DNA of 64,000 bases from Octopus sinensis. Lineage: Eukaryota. The DNA lies in assembly GCF_006345805.1 (NCBI RefSeq), contig NC_043004.1, forward strand, positions 17,112,001 through 17,176,000, given 5' to 3'. Position numbers and translations under genes: made by a program. Shown here one piece after another: positions 25,638-40,068 of the stretch. The notes beneath the pieces are model-generated. The model ran no database searches. It was given only the letters and a program-made list of their open reading frames with translations, and had not been told where the DNA came from. The stretch's first letter is position 1. Each line of letters starts with the position of its first letter.

Positions 25638-26484
25638 CAGGGTGCAATGAGTAAATTGTCACCATTTTATATTTCTAATTTCACTCATGTGCATTGTTTG
25701 TTTTTCATTTTGTCGACTACAGAGTATAGTTGGGCACCGTCTGTGGGAAAAACACCACCATGACTCAATTCATTCTACCAGTAATTTGGAAAAGATATGG
25801 TGTACTGCTTGGCATTCGCGCCGGGAGTTCGAATTCGAACATTTCAGAGTATTAGGTATCGCTCTGAGGACATGTACCGAGAGTGATAAAATCAAACATC
25901 CAGTCAACATCATGGATTTTGGAGTGATCACTTGTGATGGCTACGTTATTCCTCTATTCATCTTCCCATGCGGCCTGAGACACAACACGGAGGCCTACAT
26001 CAAGTGCCTGGGGGAGGTAGTACTGCCCTGCATCAAAAGGATGGTTACTGGAAGAGCCTGTGTCTGGCAACAGGACTCTACGCCATGCCATTTAAGCAGG
26101 ACTCAGTAATGGCTGTTGTCAGACAATTTCTGCGACCACATCACCCGTAACATCTGACGACCTAACTCCCCAGAGTGCAACCCCTTTGATTATTATGTGT
26201 GGAACGTAGTTGGACGAGAGACCAACAAGACTCCTTGTAATGCCAAAGATGAACTCACGACAAGGATTAAGGTAGCATTCACCAACTCAAATAAGAGTTG
26301 CAGAAGATTCCGAAGTTTTCTAGAGGACGTGGCTGAAGCCGATGGTGATTTTATTGAATAGATTTACTGTTTAGTATTTCAAGATATTTTTATGTAATTT
26401 TGCTAAACATATCTGTTAAAATGATATGTCAGTGTTATTTTCGTTTTTGCGTAATTTAGAAGACAGTTTATTCACCGCACCCTG
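25638..26484 (+). mobile_element. internally deleted Tc1/mariner element (maT/DD37D-like)
   Basis: TIRs CAGGGTGCAATGAGTAAATTGTC / GACAGTTTATTCACCGCACCCTG, TA on both sides; transposase remnants KHPVNIMDFG, VWQQDSTPCH, PNSPECNPFDYYVW. Confidence 0.85.
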
Positions 26485-26559
26485 TATATATATATATTTA
26501 TAACCTTAAGTATATTATGTGTTTGTGTACGTATCATGTATATATGTCTATACAGAGGG

Positions 26560-27720
26560 CCTTCCTGCGGAAAATATTGGACAAACGTGTTTGTCTGGGT
26601 CACTCTGTATCGGTAATTAAATCATTTCATGGTACGATAAATGCATAGGTCAAGATCAGTTGTAACATATCGATACCCATTTTTGTAGAGAATATTGTCA
26701 AGCAAGGTGACATACTTTCCCCAAGTCTCTTTTCCATGTATTTTGCTGCTACTCTCGTCTTATGTTTTTTCTTTTGCGGATGATTTTTTGCTGGGATATA
26801 TGTCAGATACCAATCTTCTGGTTATTTCTTCAACTTGCATCGATTTGCTGCCAGTAGGAAAGCTTATCAATCTCTTATTTGTAATCTACTTTATGCGGAT
26901 GATTGCGACTTAGCTGCTCATCTATTTGAAGATATGTAATTTCTTGCAAGACTTTTGGATTCAGCAGCCAGGTCAATTCTGTTATAACGTTCTAGCTTGC
27001 ATCAGGAAACACACATGTGACACCATGTCTTAGTTAAAGGAACAGCATTGGAAGTCGTACACAAGTTTGTCTACTGGGCAGCACATTCAGCCGTTCGTGC
27101 TTCTTGGATGATGAAATACCCTTAAGACTTTTCAAAGCAACTGACATTTTCAGGGCTCTTGAGTCTCAATTTTAGCCTCATCATAGCATCAAAAGGCGAA
27201 CAAAAATTGCTGTGCGTGCGTGTGTGTGAGTGTTTGTGTCTGTGTGTGCTGAAGTCCCTCATCTACTCATGTGAGATATAGACCCTTTAGAGGCATTACA
27301 TAGAGGACCTTGAACGCTTTCATCAGAAATCTCTGAGACACATTCTGAACGTTGGCTGGTCTTCGCAGGCTTCAGACACAATTTTTTGAGAGAAGCTGAC
27401 ATCTTGAGTATTAGCTCGATGGTGCACGAGCACCTTTCTATGTTGGACTGGACACTTTGTTCAGAAGAATGATTGAAGGATCCCTAAGCAAATGCAATAT
27501 GGCGACCTTTTTGTGAAAGCGTCCCCAGAGGAAACGAAGACTACGATTCTATAAAACATTCGTTGAAACAATATGTTATATAGGAGATCAATTGAGAAAA
27601 CAATGCATGTTATCGCCACCAATGGAGGAAACAAGTAAAAGATGGAGTGGGTGCTTCTTAAAAAACACGCATTTTTCATACTGAAATCAAGCGAGCCGCT
27701 TGAAAACGCACCGCCAGTAT
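26560..27720 (+). mobile_element. degraded RTE-clade LINE (RT to 3' end)
   Basis: Manual translation gives KQGDILSPSLF (~26700), FFNLHRFAASRK, LLYADDCDLAAH (~26890), then CWTGH and RIPKQMQYG. Confidence 0.75.
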
Positions 27721-27889
27721 AGTGAAGGGAGGAAGCTTGGTCTACAATATCTCCAGACGTGTATATTTATCAAGGGTTGGGCTCATTAGACATCAGCGGA
27801 GCCACAAATGTTAAGAATAAATTTGTTTGAGTGCACAATGTCCATAATGGCGAGTGATGGTCTTTCTCAGTCGGTAGCGAGTAGACTGC

Positions 27890-27931
<42 letters not shown>

Positions 27932-27942
27932 TATATATATTA

Positions 27943-27975
<33 letters not shown>

Positions 27976-28230
27976 GTATGTATGAATGTATGTACGTATG
28001 TATGTATGTATGTACGTACGTATGTATGTATGTATGTATGTATGTATGTATGTATGTATGTATGTATGTATGTATGTATGCATGTATGTGTATGTATGTG
28101 TGTATGTATGTATGTGGGGGGAGAGTGTGTGAGTAAAAATAAGCTGGTAACTTGATAGTGGAATATACAGCCAGGCAGAATTGTTAAGGAAGCAGATACA
28201 TACATAAATAAATAGCTAGATATTTGGCAA

Positions 28231-28322
<92 letters not shown>

Positions 28323-28520
28323 GACGGAAGAAATATAAAGATGTGCCATAGAAAAAAAATCATGAACGCTTCTTGAATTAGAAATCAAAGGCTTCCCAGG
28401 CTTTCAGCCAATTTTTTATCTCTTTAATGAATTAAAATTGAAAGAAAACAAACGCAAAACCCATACAAATATGCGCATACATAGTATATGTGTCTGTGTA
28501 GTAGTAGTAGTAGTAGTAGC

Positions 28521-28578
<58 letters not shown>

Positions 28579-29428
28579 TAGTAGTAGTAGTAGTAGTAGT
28601 AAACACAAAAAAAATTGTTTAGACCATCTGTTATGACAAGAGCATTTTTTCTGATATTACCATAAAAACATAATATCTGCAAGAATATAAAATATACTAT
28701 ATAAAATATAAAAATAAAATGAAAGCTGAAAGAAATAAAACTATGCACACGGCCGTCGATTCCATCAACCCAACCAGCCAGCCAGCCAGCCAACCACCCT
28801 ACCTTACACCATAAATAACTACAGCTACGACTGGAGAGGAAGAAAAAAATAACAAAGATGACTACAAGAACGATAAAAACAACTTAACATGATAGAAAGA
28901 CTACGAAGCCATAAAGCAATTCAAATGTATTAAAGCCTAGTTTTGGTTGATCGAAAATGTGTACCTCGCTTTTCATCAAACATGAACTTTATGACACTTC
29001 ATGCAGGCTAACAATTTTAGCAGACAAAACTCCTATGCCTTGAGGGGCTCGAAGCAAGCAAAGACAAAACATAAAAAGCAAAATTGGAAACTGTTCATAT
29101 TTATGAGTATAATAACAACACAAAAAAATATCTTACATACATTTTAATAAATTTACACAAATACATACACACACCTTTCAATATATGATCACGTGCATAT
29201 GTTTATATATATATATATATCGCCTAACACATTATTTTCTCGCTCCGTTATCTTCGTTTTTTCTCCATTTTTTTCTTCTCAACCTTTCTGGGTTCGAAAC
29301 GTCAAAGACTTTTCCATTCTTCCCGAGTGTCAAACTAATACACCTGCTTTTTGTTCCTTCACTTGTTTTCGTCTTTTATTTTCTGTAAATTTGAAACATA
29401 TATATGCTCGCATGTGTGCATGTATGCA

Positions 29429-29465
<37 letters not shown>

Positions 29466-29476
29466 ATGCGTGTGTA

Positions 29477-29508
<32 letters not shown>

Positions 29509-29509
29509 C

Positions 29510-29696
29510 AAACACGAATGGCAATTGAAATTTACGACAGCTGTTTCGGTAAAATGTTGGCTATATCCAAGCCGACTGTTTAAAATTTTATCTGATGATG
29601 GTGTATTGTATATTATTATTACGTAATATTTTACGAGTCCCTTAAATAATATCCTTCCGAAACAGCTGTCGAAAATTTTAAACGCCATTCGTGTTT
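29510..29696 (+). ncRNA. hammerhead motif (29581-29680) with an inverted partial copy of its 3' half (29510-29549)
   Basis: TAAAATTTTAT-CTGATGA(29592-29598)-T-GG...CC-GAAA(29659-29662)-CAGCTG-TC-GAAAATTTTA. Confidence 0.65.
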
Positions 29697-29997
29697 ACTG
29701 TTTTATACCTACGCCACACCAAGGAACCACTGGTGAGTGGGATCACTGGTTACAAATTGGATTTGGTACTTACATCAACGGTATCCCACCAGCAATTGAA
29801 TTCTACAATATTGTTTTCCTTCACCGTCAGTTCTAATTGTTTGTATCAAGCCATTTTCTGTCGTCTTACAAGTTGATGAGTTTTGATTTTTGAATAATCC
29901 TTATAGCTAATTTTTGTGTATATATAAATGTGGGTATGTGTGTTTATACATGTAGATATATATTTATAAATATTTAGCAGGAACAATACACACTATA

Positions 29998-30064
<67 letters not shown>

Positions 30065-30500
30065 TGCAATAAGAAAATGGATGGAATCAAGAGGTGGTAT
30101 TCATCAACTTTTAGACGTAATATTATGTATATTTATTTATTTAAAAATAAACAATTATAACAATATGCATAGATGTATAACATATTATGCTTTACATATA
30201 TAATATATGAAATATAAAAATACCAGTAATTATTAAAATATATAACGTAGAGCATAGAAAGTAGAATAGTATCTTACAGCTGTTTCAGTCAAGTGGCCAT
30301 AGTACTCCACTTTACTTTCATCCCTTCAGTGAACTGAAGTATTTGGTAGATAAGATTAAGGTACATGGGTGTGACTCTGGGCTTCGTCATAGAGTTTAGA
30401 AAGTTCAGAAGGTTAAGTTATAAATATAAATATATACACTTTTACATATACATACATATACATAAATATACATAAATACATATCCATACATTTATGTTTT

Positions 30501-30714
30501 CTCTCTTTTACTTGTTTCGGTCATTTGACTGCGGCCATGCTGGAGCACCACCTTTAGTCGAGCAAATCTACCCCAGGACTTATTCTTTGTAAGCTTAGTA
30601 CTTATTCTATCGGTCTCTTTTGCCGAACCGCTAAGTTACGGGGACATAAACACACCAGCATCGGTTGTCAAGCGATATTGGGGGACAAACACAGGCACAC
30701 ACACACACACACAC

Positions 30715-30749
<35 letters not shown>

Positions 30750-30880
30750 TATATACGATGGGCTTCTTTCAGTTTCCGTCTACCAAATCCACTCACAAGG
30801 CTTTGGTCGGCCCGAGACTATAGTAGAAGACACTTGTCCAAGGTACCACGCAGTGAGCTACTTACCACACAGCCACTTCC
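30501..30880 (-). mobile_element. tRNA-derived SINE (family B, internal microsatellite)
   Basis: Characteristic TCATTTGACTGCGGCCATGCTGGAGCACC 3' part and GACACTTG.CCAAGGT body; related full or partial copies near 640, 14750, 16050, 40425, 41575, 51290, 53945, 54800, 59965, 60420 and 63640. Confidence 0.85.
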
Positions 30881-30994
30881 TTTGTATATGCATACAAAGG
30901 AATCAATTATTATTATTATTAGGTGTATTATATTATTCTTATCAGATAAAGTATAAACAGAGGAAAGAAAAATTATCAAAATAGAAATAATAAT

Positions 30995-32010
30995 GGAATT
31001 TAGATAATCAATATATCTTGGTTCCTTCGTGGAACCAATGCATCCCAGACAGCTCGAAAAAATCACTGCGGTGATGTAACAAATGAGCGCACTGTACGTC
31101 GATGGTTTGAAAAGTTCCGGTCTGGTGGCTTTACTCTTGAAAATCATCCCCGTAATAGGCCTGAGACCAAAGTGGATAATGATGAGCTGGAAACTGTAGC
31201 AGAAGAGGATATACAAACTACACGTAAGTTAGCAGCAAGGTTTGATGATTCGTGTTCAACTGTATTGGACCATCTGAAACAAATCGGCAAGGTAAAGAAG
31301 CTGGACAAGTGGGTACCACACGAACCGAGCGAGCATCAAATGACACGTGGTCTTGAGACTTGCTGTTCTTTACTGCCACAGCATAAAAGCAAACCATTTT
31401 TGCATCGTATTGTGACGTGTGACGAAAAATGGATTCTTTTCAACAATAGCAAGCGTTCTGCACGCTGGTTGGATAGAGACGAAATGCGAAAACACAATCC
31501 AAAAAAGAATATTCACCAAAAAATGTTAATGGTGTCTGTTTGGTGGTCCAGCGCTGGTGTCATCCACTACAGCTCTATGAGACCTGGTAAGTCAATTACA
31601 GAGGATGTATATATCAACCAGCTGGATGAAATGATGAGACAGACCAATTCTCTTGCAAGACAATGCTCGACCACATGTTGCACAAAGAACGCTACTCAAG
31701 TTACAGGAACTGAACTTGGAAGTACTGTCACCCATCATATTCACCAGATCTTACACCAACTGACTATCACATTTTCCAGGCATTAGACAACTTTTTGCAA
31801 AGAAAAATCTTCACATGTGAAGAAGATGCAAAAACAGCCTTTCGTGATTTCATTACCTCTTGCTCTCCAGAATTCTTTGCTGCCAGCATAAATAAGCTGC
31901 GGATACAATGGCAGAATAGTGTTGATAATTTAGGTACATACTTTGGTTAACTACATTGTTTTTTGTTAAGATAAAGTGAGATAAACTTTCAGTTCAAAAT
32001 CGGACATTTC
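30995..32010 (+). mobile_element. degraded mariner transposon (DD34D type)
   Basis: ORF 31172-31786 with KWVPHE and RIVTCDEKWI; frameshifted HPSYSPDLTPTDYH near 31730; HTH region upstream (FLRGTNASQTAR, NERTVRRWFEKFRSG). Confidence 0.9.
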
Positions 32011-32029
32011 ACTCTCAATGACTGGATAC

Positions 32030-32770
32030 AAATGGATTGAAGTAAAAAGCATGCAATTTCATGCAGGAAAATTCCAAGCCTTCCGCTATCAACAAAGAAA
32101 CTTTAAACTAAAAGGTACGGCAATCCCAGAGCCAAGTATACTGTATGATCAGGGAATTGATCTGAGCAACAAAGCTCGTTTCACGTGCATAACACCAAGA
32201 TGGTGGCAATGTGCAGGCAAATTTCTGAACCTATACTGGTTCTACGGAAGATATTTGTGCTCAGCTGTCTGGACTAGTTCTCTCAACTGTGGTCACCCAA
32301 CAAAGTCAAATTAATAGCAGAACTTGGGTCAGTTCAGCGGTAGTACGCAAGGAAGAGTACATCGTTGGAACAACTGAGCTACGGGAAGGGATTGAAAGTG
32401 TTATGACTCCGTGGAGCGAAAACGAGAGAGAAATGCAATGATATACGTACGGAAGATCCTGGAAGGATTGGCAGCAAACTTTGGCATCAAGCGCCACATC
32501 AGCATCCGAACTGGACCTTACCACACGGTTCCAAAGGTCTCAGTCATCCCTTTTAGTGTGAAGACCATGTACTGCAATAGTTTGGTATTCAAGGCCTCAC
32601 GGTTATTTTATACCTTGTCAAAACATCTTCGAAATCTTCGTGTAGTGGGGGTGGATGCTTTCAAGTAACAACTTCACCTCCTGCCGTCCAAGGTTCCGAA
32701 CGAACCTACATCAAGGCCGGAAACTCAAAAGAGGGCAGCAACATCGGACTCCCTCCTTCACCAATAGCCA
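32030..32770 (+). mobile_element. CR1/L2-group LINE 3' fragment
   Basis: ORF 32411-32668 (ERKRER..MIYVRKILEGL..NFGI...CNSLVFKASRLF) and remnants SQLWSP, VPNEP, RAATSDSLLHQ. Confidence 0.75.
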
Positions 32771-32874
32771 ATCACATAAGAATAGCTATTGAAAAGGTGA
32801 TAATACTGGCGATGATCCAGCATGGCCACAGCCTTTGGGCTGAAAGAAAATAAAAGAATTTATATTTAGTTGAA

Positions 32875-33078
32875 AATGTATGTACGTGTGTATGTATGTA
32901 TGTATGTATGTATGTATGTATGTATGTATGTACGTACGTGTGTATGTATGTATGTATGTATGTATGTATGTATGTGCGTATGTACGTGTGTATGTATGTA
33001 TGTATGCATGTATGCATGTATGTATGTATGTATGTATGTATGTATGTATGTATGTATGTATGTATGTATGTATGTATG
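32875..33078. repeat. (TATG)n microsatellite
   Basis: Direct reading. Confidence 0.95.
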
Positions 33079-33706
33079 CAGTTTCTGTGCTGAAGTCCTT
33101 CCTGTTATTCATCAAATTTTGCTCAGAAATCACTTCCTCAACGTAACCTGCAAAAGGATTGAACACCCGAACGATGTGGCTGCAGATCAAGATTCCGAAC
33201 GACACAACGATACAGACAGCATATTATCCAATCGTTAACAAAATTAAGTCAATATTTATTAGCGACATATAGTTTATTATATAAATGTTAACTAATTTCG
33301 TTACTAATTAGTTAACTAACAACTTATGTAAATGTATAACTTGGCTCATTGTCACCACTTTTTTATGTGCGACATTATTTACATATATAAAGAGTTTAAC
33401 CTATAAGGCATAACTAGACTTAGATGAATGTTTACAAAGAGAATTAAAAGAAGATAATGGCTTAAATATGACACAGCCAAATGAAAGAACTTGTTTTGGA
33501 TGATATGACAAAGATAATATTGATTATTGTTATTTAATATTCATATAGCTCATAAATAAATATATTGCTAATATTTCTAATGATATGCATAAACAGTAAC
33601 GTACTTCAACACAGGAATAACCAAGTATGCATAATCTTTCTTTCTCTCTTTCTCTCTTTCTCTTTATCTTTCTGTCTTTCTCTCACTCACTTTCTTTCTC
33701 TCTTTT

Positions 33707-33753
<47 letters not shown>

Positions 33754-34299
33754 TTATCTATCTATATCTTTCTCTTTCCTCTCTCTTAGCTTGATATATA
33801 GTTATTTGTGTGTTTCCGTACATAAATATCCTCTTATGTGTGTGTATATGTATGTGTAGTCTATCTCGCTTTGTGTTTTGTTGTCGATCTATCTGTGTTA
33901 ATGCGGATGTATATATGATACACACATGCATACATGTGTGTGTGCATGTGTGTGTATGTGTGTGTGGTAAGGTTTCTAGAGGTAGTGTACCACCCGATCA
34001 CTTAAGAGAGTAAAATATTATAGTAAAAACCACAAATCTTGTAAAATGCGGCTATCTAGGGTTTTCTGACCGAAATATTAATTTATTTCGCCAATTTATT
34101 CAGCTATTAAAAACAACAAAACGGTTTGGCAACTGCTTTCGATGCAATCGACGTTTGAATAAGCACGCACATTTAGAAAATGACAAAGAGAAACACACAG
34201 GAGATGATTAACTTCATAGTAGATATAACAACCTGTGTCTTATAGATATAAAAGTTGCATAAACCAACACTGGAATAGTCCATCATAGGTCTGGTGGTT

Positions 34300-35000
34300 T
34301 AACTTTAATTTCTACTAAGATGTAGATTTTAAAAGGCAGACATAAGGAAAACAAAATCTCACTCCTGATATTTACATAATCACTGGAAGTCCTTAAGTTT
34401 TTTAAACGATAGAGTTTTTCAAGCGAGCATATGAGACATCTTTTTGACTCATTAATATAGGGTTTGGCTTTATATGTTTGATGTTGTGACTGATGTTCTC
34501 ATTCTTAAGTTTCCATATCAATGCTGAAAAGGCTGTTGCATGTGTTGATACTTGTATCTCAGTAGGAACTGCTAGAACAAAATGGAAAATCGTTCTGCTG
34601 TAGGGTCTCCAGATCGTGATTTGTCGTCAATAAAGTATTTTCTAATGTTTTGTTGTCCCTGGAACTTTCTTATCGAAGGATGAAGAGCAAATTTGTTCTC
34701 TGGGGGGTTTTAATCGTAAAACGTGAAGTCAATTATTTTAACACTGGAACTCCAAGTAGCTAAGGTTATAAATAACAGCGTGGAGAATATTGTGCTAAAA
34801 ACTTATTTGATAGGAAAAATAGTCGAAGACTGTCCATGGAACTTGAACCCAGATCTCCAGCAAACACGACCTAAAGCAACACTCCGAATTTGTTTCTTCA
34901 TTTTAGAAGCTTTGTTCTTACCAACGAGAGTTGAAAAATGCTTACATCATAAAGATATGAAATAAATTATTTCTAACGGTTGAACTCGAAGTAGGTAAAG
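34300..35000 (-). mobile_element. highly degraded Penelope-like GIY-YIG C-terminal fragment
   Basis: Manual minus-strand translation gives ATAFSALIWKLKNENI, KAKPYINESKRCLICSLEK, VNIRSEI, resembling the PLE C-terminal pattern T.LS..IW.LK...C.LC..EK...LN.R.E. Confidence 0.6.
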
Positions 35001-35070
35001 CTATAAATAAATGTGGGTAGAATATGAAAAATAAAATGAAAGTTCGATTGAAGAGAGTCAAAGTTTATTA

Positions 35071-35260
35071 CTAGACGTTAGCCTGTGACTTGTCGAGAAA
35101 GTCACACGGTATAGCAGTTTGACGTTGCTAATTCAGTGATAACAATTACTTAGAAAATACCGTATGGTGAACAGGGAATCAACCGTATGGTGAACAGGAA
35201 ATCCAGTGCATGGTGAACAAGAGATCGACTGCGTGGTGGACAGGAAATCGGTCGTGCGGT
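35071..35260 (-). mobile_element. Helitron-like 3' terminus with adjacent 23-bp minisatellite
   Basis: Minus strand reads TGTGACTT-7nt-AAGTCACA hairpin, 9 nt, then CTAG|T; four degenerate 23-bp units at 35160-35251. Confidence 0.5.
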
Positions 35261-35509
35261 TGGGGGGAGCAGGAAGAGGGGGAAATGTGGGGGTATATAT
35301 GTATTTATGTACATGCATATACCCATATATCTGCGTGTATGCATCCGTACTTATATGTGTGTGTATGTATGCTTAGATGTATATTCACACATCTGTTCAC
35401 TCGCGCACGCACACACACACACACACGTCCACACACGTGCGCGCGAAGGCACACACGCACGCACACACACATACACACACGTAACGAAATTAGTTATACA
35501 TACATATAT

Positions 35510-35543
<34 letters not shown>

Positions 35544-36029
35544 ATGGAAACATTTTTCCGCAGAACTTACGAAGTCAAAATCCAAAAGTTTCGTAATAAT
35601 TAGCGTCATAGGCGAAACTGTAAGCCATTGAGTTACGTTGTAAATTCTGCCGAGTAAAAAGATAATATAATATTTATACTCATGTCTTTGAATTCCATCC
35701 ATCCTCTTTGCACTATTGAACCTATGTATGAAAATAGAGATACCCAACTGTGAAGGTTGAAAACAGAAATAATCTTGATGACATGTGCCGCGGTAGTAAT
35801 TAAAAAAAAAACAAGCAGAAAAAACACAACAAAATCTCCAGGACTTAAGGATATACACAAGATACAGAACGTATTACTTGTAATTACATCACATGGTCGC
35901 TTTGTCATTTACTGAGATATTTTCTGCTTACCCTTCAATTAAATTTTCATGTATTCACAGCACCGCTGAGTGCAGTTCTGATACATTGTGCAGTTTTTGT
36001 TTTGACTTTTTTTTTCTTATAATGAAAGT

Positions 36030-37250
36030 AAACTGTACAATGTGATGCATTGTTTACTCTGTGTTGCCTATATGTTACGTAACTACTAATATCTTATTTG
36101 TGCGTTTTCCTGCATCTTTGTAAATCATTCTCTCTGTACTTAATATTGCTGGGATTGCTTCTGTGCCATCAGTTTTCAGATCTTTATACTTGAATAAATG
36201 TTTCCATATTTTTTTATACAGGTGCTTTATCATTTACTGGGACTCGTACTTTAAATAGACAGCATTTTTTATTTCAGCTATCTTTGCCTACAATATCTCG
36301 TCACTTTGTCTTGATTTGTGTAAAATTCTTTTCTACTCAAGGCACAAGATCTGAAATTTTGGGGGAAGAGGTCACTCGATTAGATCGACCCCAGTACGCA
36401 ACTGGTGTTTAATTTATCGACCCCAAAAGGATGAAAAGCAAAGTCGACCTTAGCGGAATTTGAACTTAGAACGTAAACGATTTATGTAAAATTAGCATAG
36501 CAATGAGTATGGTTGCTTTGTCATTTTCTAAGACCTTTTCTAAAGTACAGTCAAACTATTATATTTAGTTTCTATGGCAATTCATAATACTGACACTATT
36601 TCCGATGCATAAAAGCTCTTACTCTGTCATCGCAGTATATTCAATTTCTGTTGCTGAAGACTTGGCAAACAGATACAAATTGATTAACTGTTTATTTCCT
36701 AACCTTCTGTTCTTCTGCAGTTCCTTACTGCTCCATTATGTGCTTTCGGTCGTCACTGCTTCATTATATGCTTTGGTTGTTTCTGGCAGAAAATGTTTAT
36801 ATCTGTTTTAACTATCAATCTAATGCATGTATAATATTCCTTCTAATTAATTTCTTGGGTGTGTGTTTATGTGTTGTATTCTGCCTAGTTCATTAAGTAA
36901 ATTTGTGTCTGTTGTACTGTTATTTATTGCAAATATTTGTCAATCTAAATTTAGTCTAAATTTTTATTTGTATTTCTTTATTTATCAACACAGAAGTACT
37001 ATTAATATTTTTTTCCTCTTCAGAATTGCCTTGGATTTCTATCCAACCTGAATTTCTTATGAATTCTTTTAGTAATTCCTTATATTCTCTATAACAATAT
37101 TTCTCGTAGTCTATTATCTACAACACAGAACCTGAAGTCATACATACACAAAAGATGGTTTATTGTTTTCCTATAACAAGCCACAATAGGTCATCATAAA
37201 GAAACAACTTTAGCCCACAAATAATAAATTAGATCCAATATTATGCTAGC
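36030..37250 (-). mobile_element. very degenerate R4/Dong-like fragment interrupted by a family A SINE (~36350-36478)
   Basis: Remnants DRVRAFMHRKIV, VLENDKATIL, KYKDLK, TEAIPAI. Confidence 0.55.
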
Positions 37251-37779
37251 CTTCCCTGGGCCCCTAATCTCTTTAAGGCTATTCAAAATAAACTTTCAAA
37301 CAAAAAAAACACAAAACCGTGTAATATTGCCTGTGTTTATGAGTTGCACACTTTGTTTCCGCAACAAACTATAACCTACACAAATCCTTTCTCTACAAAA
37401 TGCTTTCTAAAATGCATGCCTTAAAATACTATCTCTTTCCCAATAAATCCAGAAAAATGTGTTATTAAAATAACACATGCAGACAAAGAAAACATTAGTA
37501 TCAATGATGTCGTCGTCCAGAAATTATGTGATAAGGTGCACACCAAAGAAAGACGTGTTGAGGGAGAGCAACTGTTGTATTTCAACCGAGTCTGTCTTCC
37601 CCACCTGAAAAAAGATTATTATCTACAAGAACAGGGACATAAACTCAGCAGTAGAGAAAAATAGATTAAACTGCAGTTTTATATTGAACCTTTTACTATA
37701 AATTACTACGTTTGGAAAATGAAATATAGCCAAAAACCACTGACAAGTTATATAAGGAATGGAGGCACTGTGGACTGCA

Positions 37780-38212
37780 TCTGGTGGACGACGACGGCAG
37801 CGGTTGCAGCAGTAGAGATGATGGTGGAAATGGTGATAGAAGAGGCGGTGAAAGCGACGGTGACAATGGCGGAGTCAGTAGAGACGACAGGGGCAATGGT
37901 GGCGGCTACGGCAGCGGTTGCGACGGCGACAGAAGTGGAGGCGGTGGTGGTGGCAGCGGTGATGGTGGTAGAGGCGGTGGTGGCGGTTGAGTCGGTGGTG
38001 GCGTTAGAGGCGACTGCGGTATTGATGGCGGTGGTGGCGGAGGCGGTGGCGGAGGCGGTGGCGGAGACGGTGGCAGAGGTGATTGGAGCGGCGGTGGCTG
38101 TGACGATAATGATGAGGATGATGATGATGATGACTACGACGACGACAACGCCGTCGACGACTGAGACCATGGCATCGATCACAATCACGGTGATGATGAC
38201 GATGATGATGAT

Positions 38213-38243
<31 letters not shown>

Positions 38244-38253
38244 AGGAGGCAGT
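37780..38253. repeat. GC-rich decayed trinucleotide (GGT/GGC/GAT/GAG) repeat
   Basis: Low-complexity in all frames. Confidence 0.8.
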
Positions 38254-38394
38254 GATCCATTCAAGCATTCGTCATAATGATACCTAATTAATTATTACTA
38301 GGTAGACTGCTGCTATGAAATCTGCGTCTCTTGATCTTGTCACATTCCCATATCGATAATTGGACATGAATCGCCAATTCCTCAGCTGGCCGTT

Positions 38395-38434
<40 letters not shown>

Positions 38435-38460
38435 CCAACTACCCAATACATAAATAAATG

Positions 38461-38491
<31 letters not shown>

Positions 38492-38654
38492 TGCGTGTGT
38501 GTATGTGTGTGTGTATGTGTGTGTGTGTGTTTAGGTTGGTGCGTGTACGTTTCAGTACTGATGTAAACACTGAGACATGAGCGAAGACCAGAGGCATGCA
38601 ATAATGAGAACAACGAGAAACCATCAGCGCTGTCAATAGCAACAACATCATCAT

Positions 38655-39360
38655 CATCAACAACAACAACAACAACAATAACAACAACAGCAGCAGCGGC
38701 TGTAACATCAACAACAACACCAGTAACAACAACAACAGCGGCTGCAACATGAACAACAACAATAACGACGTCAACAACACCATCATCATTATCAACAACA
38801 ACAACAACAATAACAACAACAGCAACAGGAACGGCAACATCAGCTACAACAACAACAGCAGTAACAACAACAACGACCAAAGCTGCAACAACAACAACAA
38901 CAACAGCGGCAGCAGCAGCTGCAGCATCAACAACAACAATAACGGCAACATCATCAAACAACAACAACAATAGAAACGGCAACATCACCAAACAACAACA
39001 ACACCGACCAAAACTGCAACAGTAAAAACCGCAGCAGTGGCTGCAACATTAGCAACAATAATATCGATAACTTTAACAACAACATTATTTACATTATTTA
39101 TATTGTTAACATTTGACAGATATTTGTCCTCATCTTGTTTGTTGTTAACACAACGTTTCGGCTGATATACCCTCCAGCCTTCTTCGGGTGCAGATGTGAA
39201 TAGCATATGGGAACCAGTATTAAGGAAAGATAGGATAATATTAGATTTATAAGCCCTAAAATTCATTCCATAATTGCCCACGGGAATATGGCGTAGTGGT
39301 TAAGAGCTACTAACCCCAAGATTCCGAGTTCAATAATAATAATAAAATAATAATAATAAT

Positions 39361-39391
<31 letters not shown>

Positions 39392-40068
39392 CAACAACAA
39401 CAACAACAACAACAATAACAACAACAGCAGCAGCGGCTGTAACATCAACAACAACACCAGTAACAACAACAACAGCGGCTGCAACATGAACAACAACAAT
39501 AACGACGTCAACAACACCATCATCATTATCAACAACAACAACAACAATAACAACAACAGCAACAGGAACGGCAACATCAGCTACAACAACAACAGCAGTA
39601 ACAACAACAACGACCAAAGCTGCAACAACAACAACAACAGCGGCAGCAGCAGCTGCAGCATCAACAACAACAATAACGGCAACATCATCAAACAACAACA
39701 ACAATAGAAACGGCAACATCACCAAACAACAACAACAACACCGACCAAAACTGCAACAGTAAAAACCGCAGCAGTGGCTGCAACATTAGCAACAATAATA
39801 TCGATAACTTTAACAACAACATTATTTACATTATTTATATTGTTAACATTTGACAGATATTTGTCCTCATCTTGTTTGTTGTTAACACAACGTTTCGGCT
39901 GATATACCCTCCAGCCTTCTTCGGGTGCAGATGTGAATAGCATATGGGAACCAGTATTAAGGAAAGATAGGATAATATTAGATTTATAAGCCCTAAAATT
40001 CATTCCATAATTGCCCACGGGAATATGGCGTAGTGGTTAAGAGCTACTAACCCCAAGATTCCGAGTTC

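Noticed and set aside
30270-30335. Minus-strand GAAACAGCTGTA with a stem II hairpin
   Set aside because: The core is broken (CTGAAGG or GGGATGA); it is a possible relic only
33965-34005. Possible hammerhead relic downstream of the 34-kb PLE fragment
   Set aside because: The core and stem III are too degenerate to support
35160-35251. CRISPR-like regular repeats
   Set aside because: The 23-bp units are contiguous with no spacers, in a eukaryotic context with no cas genes
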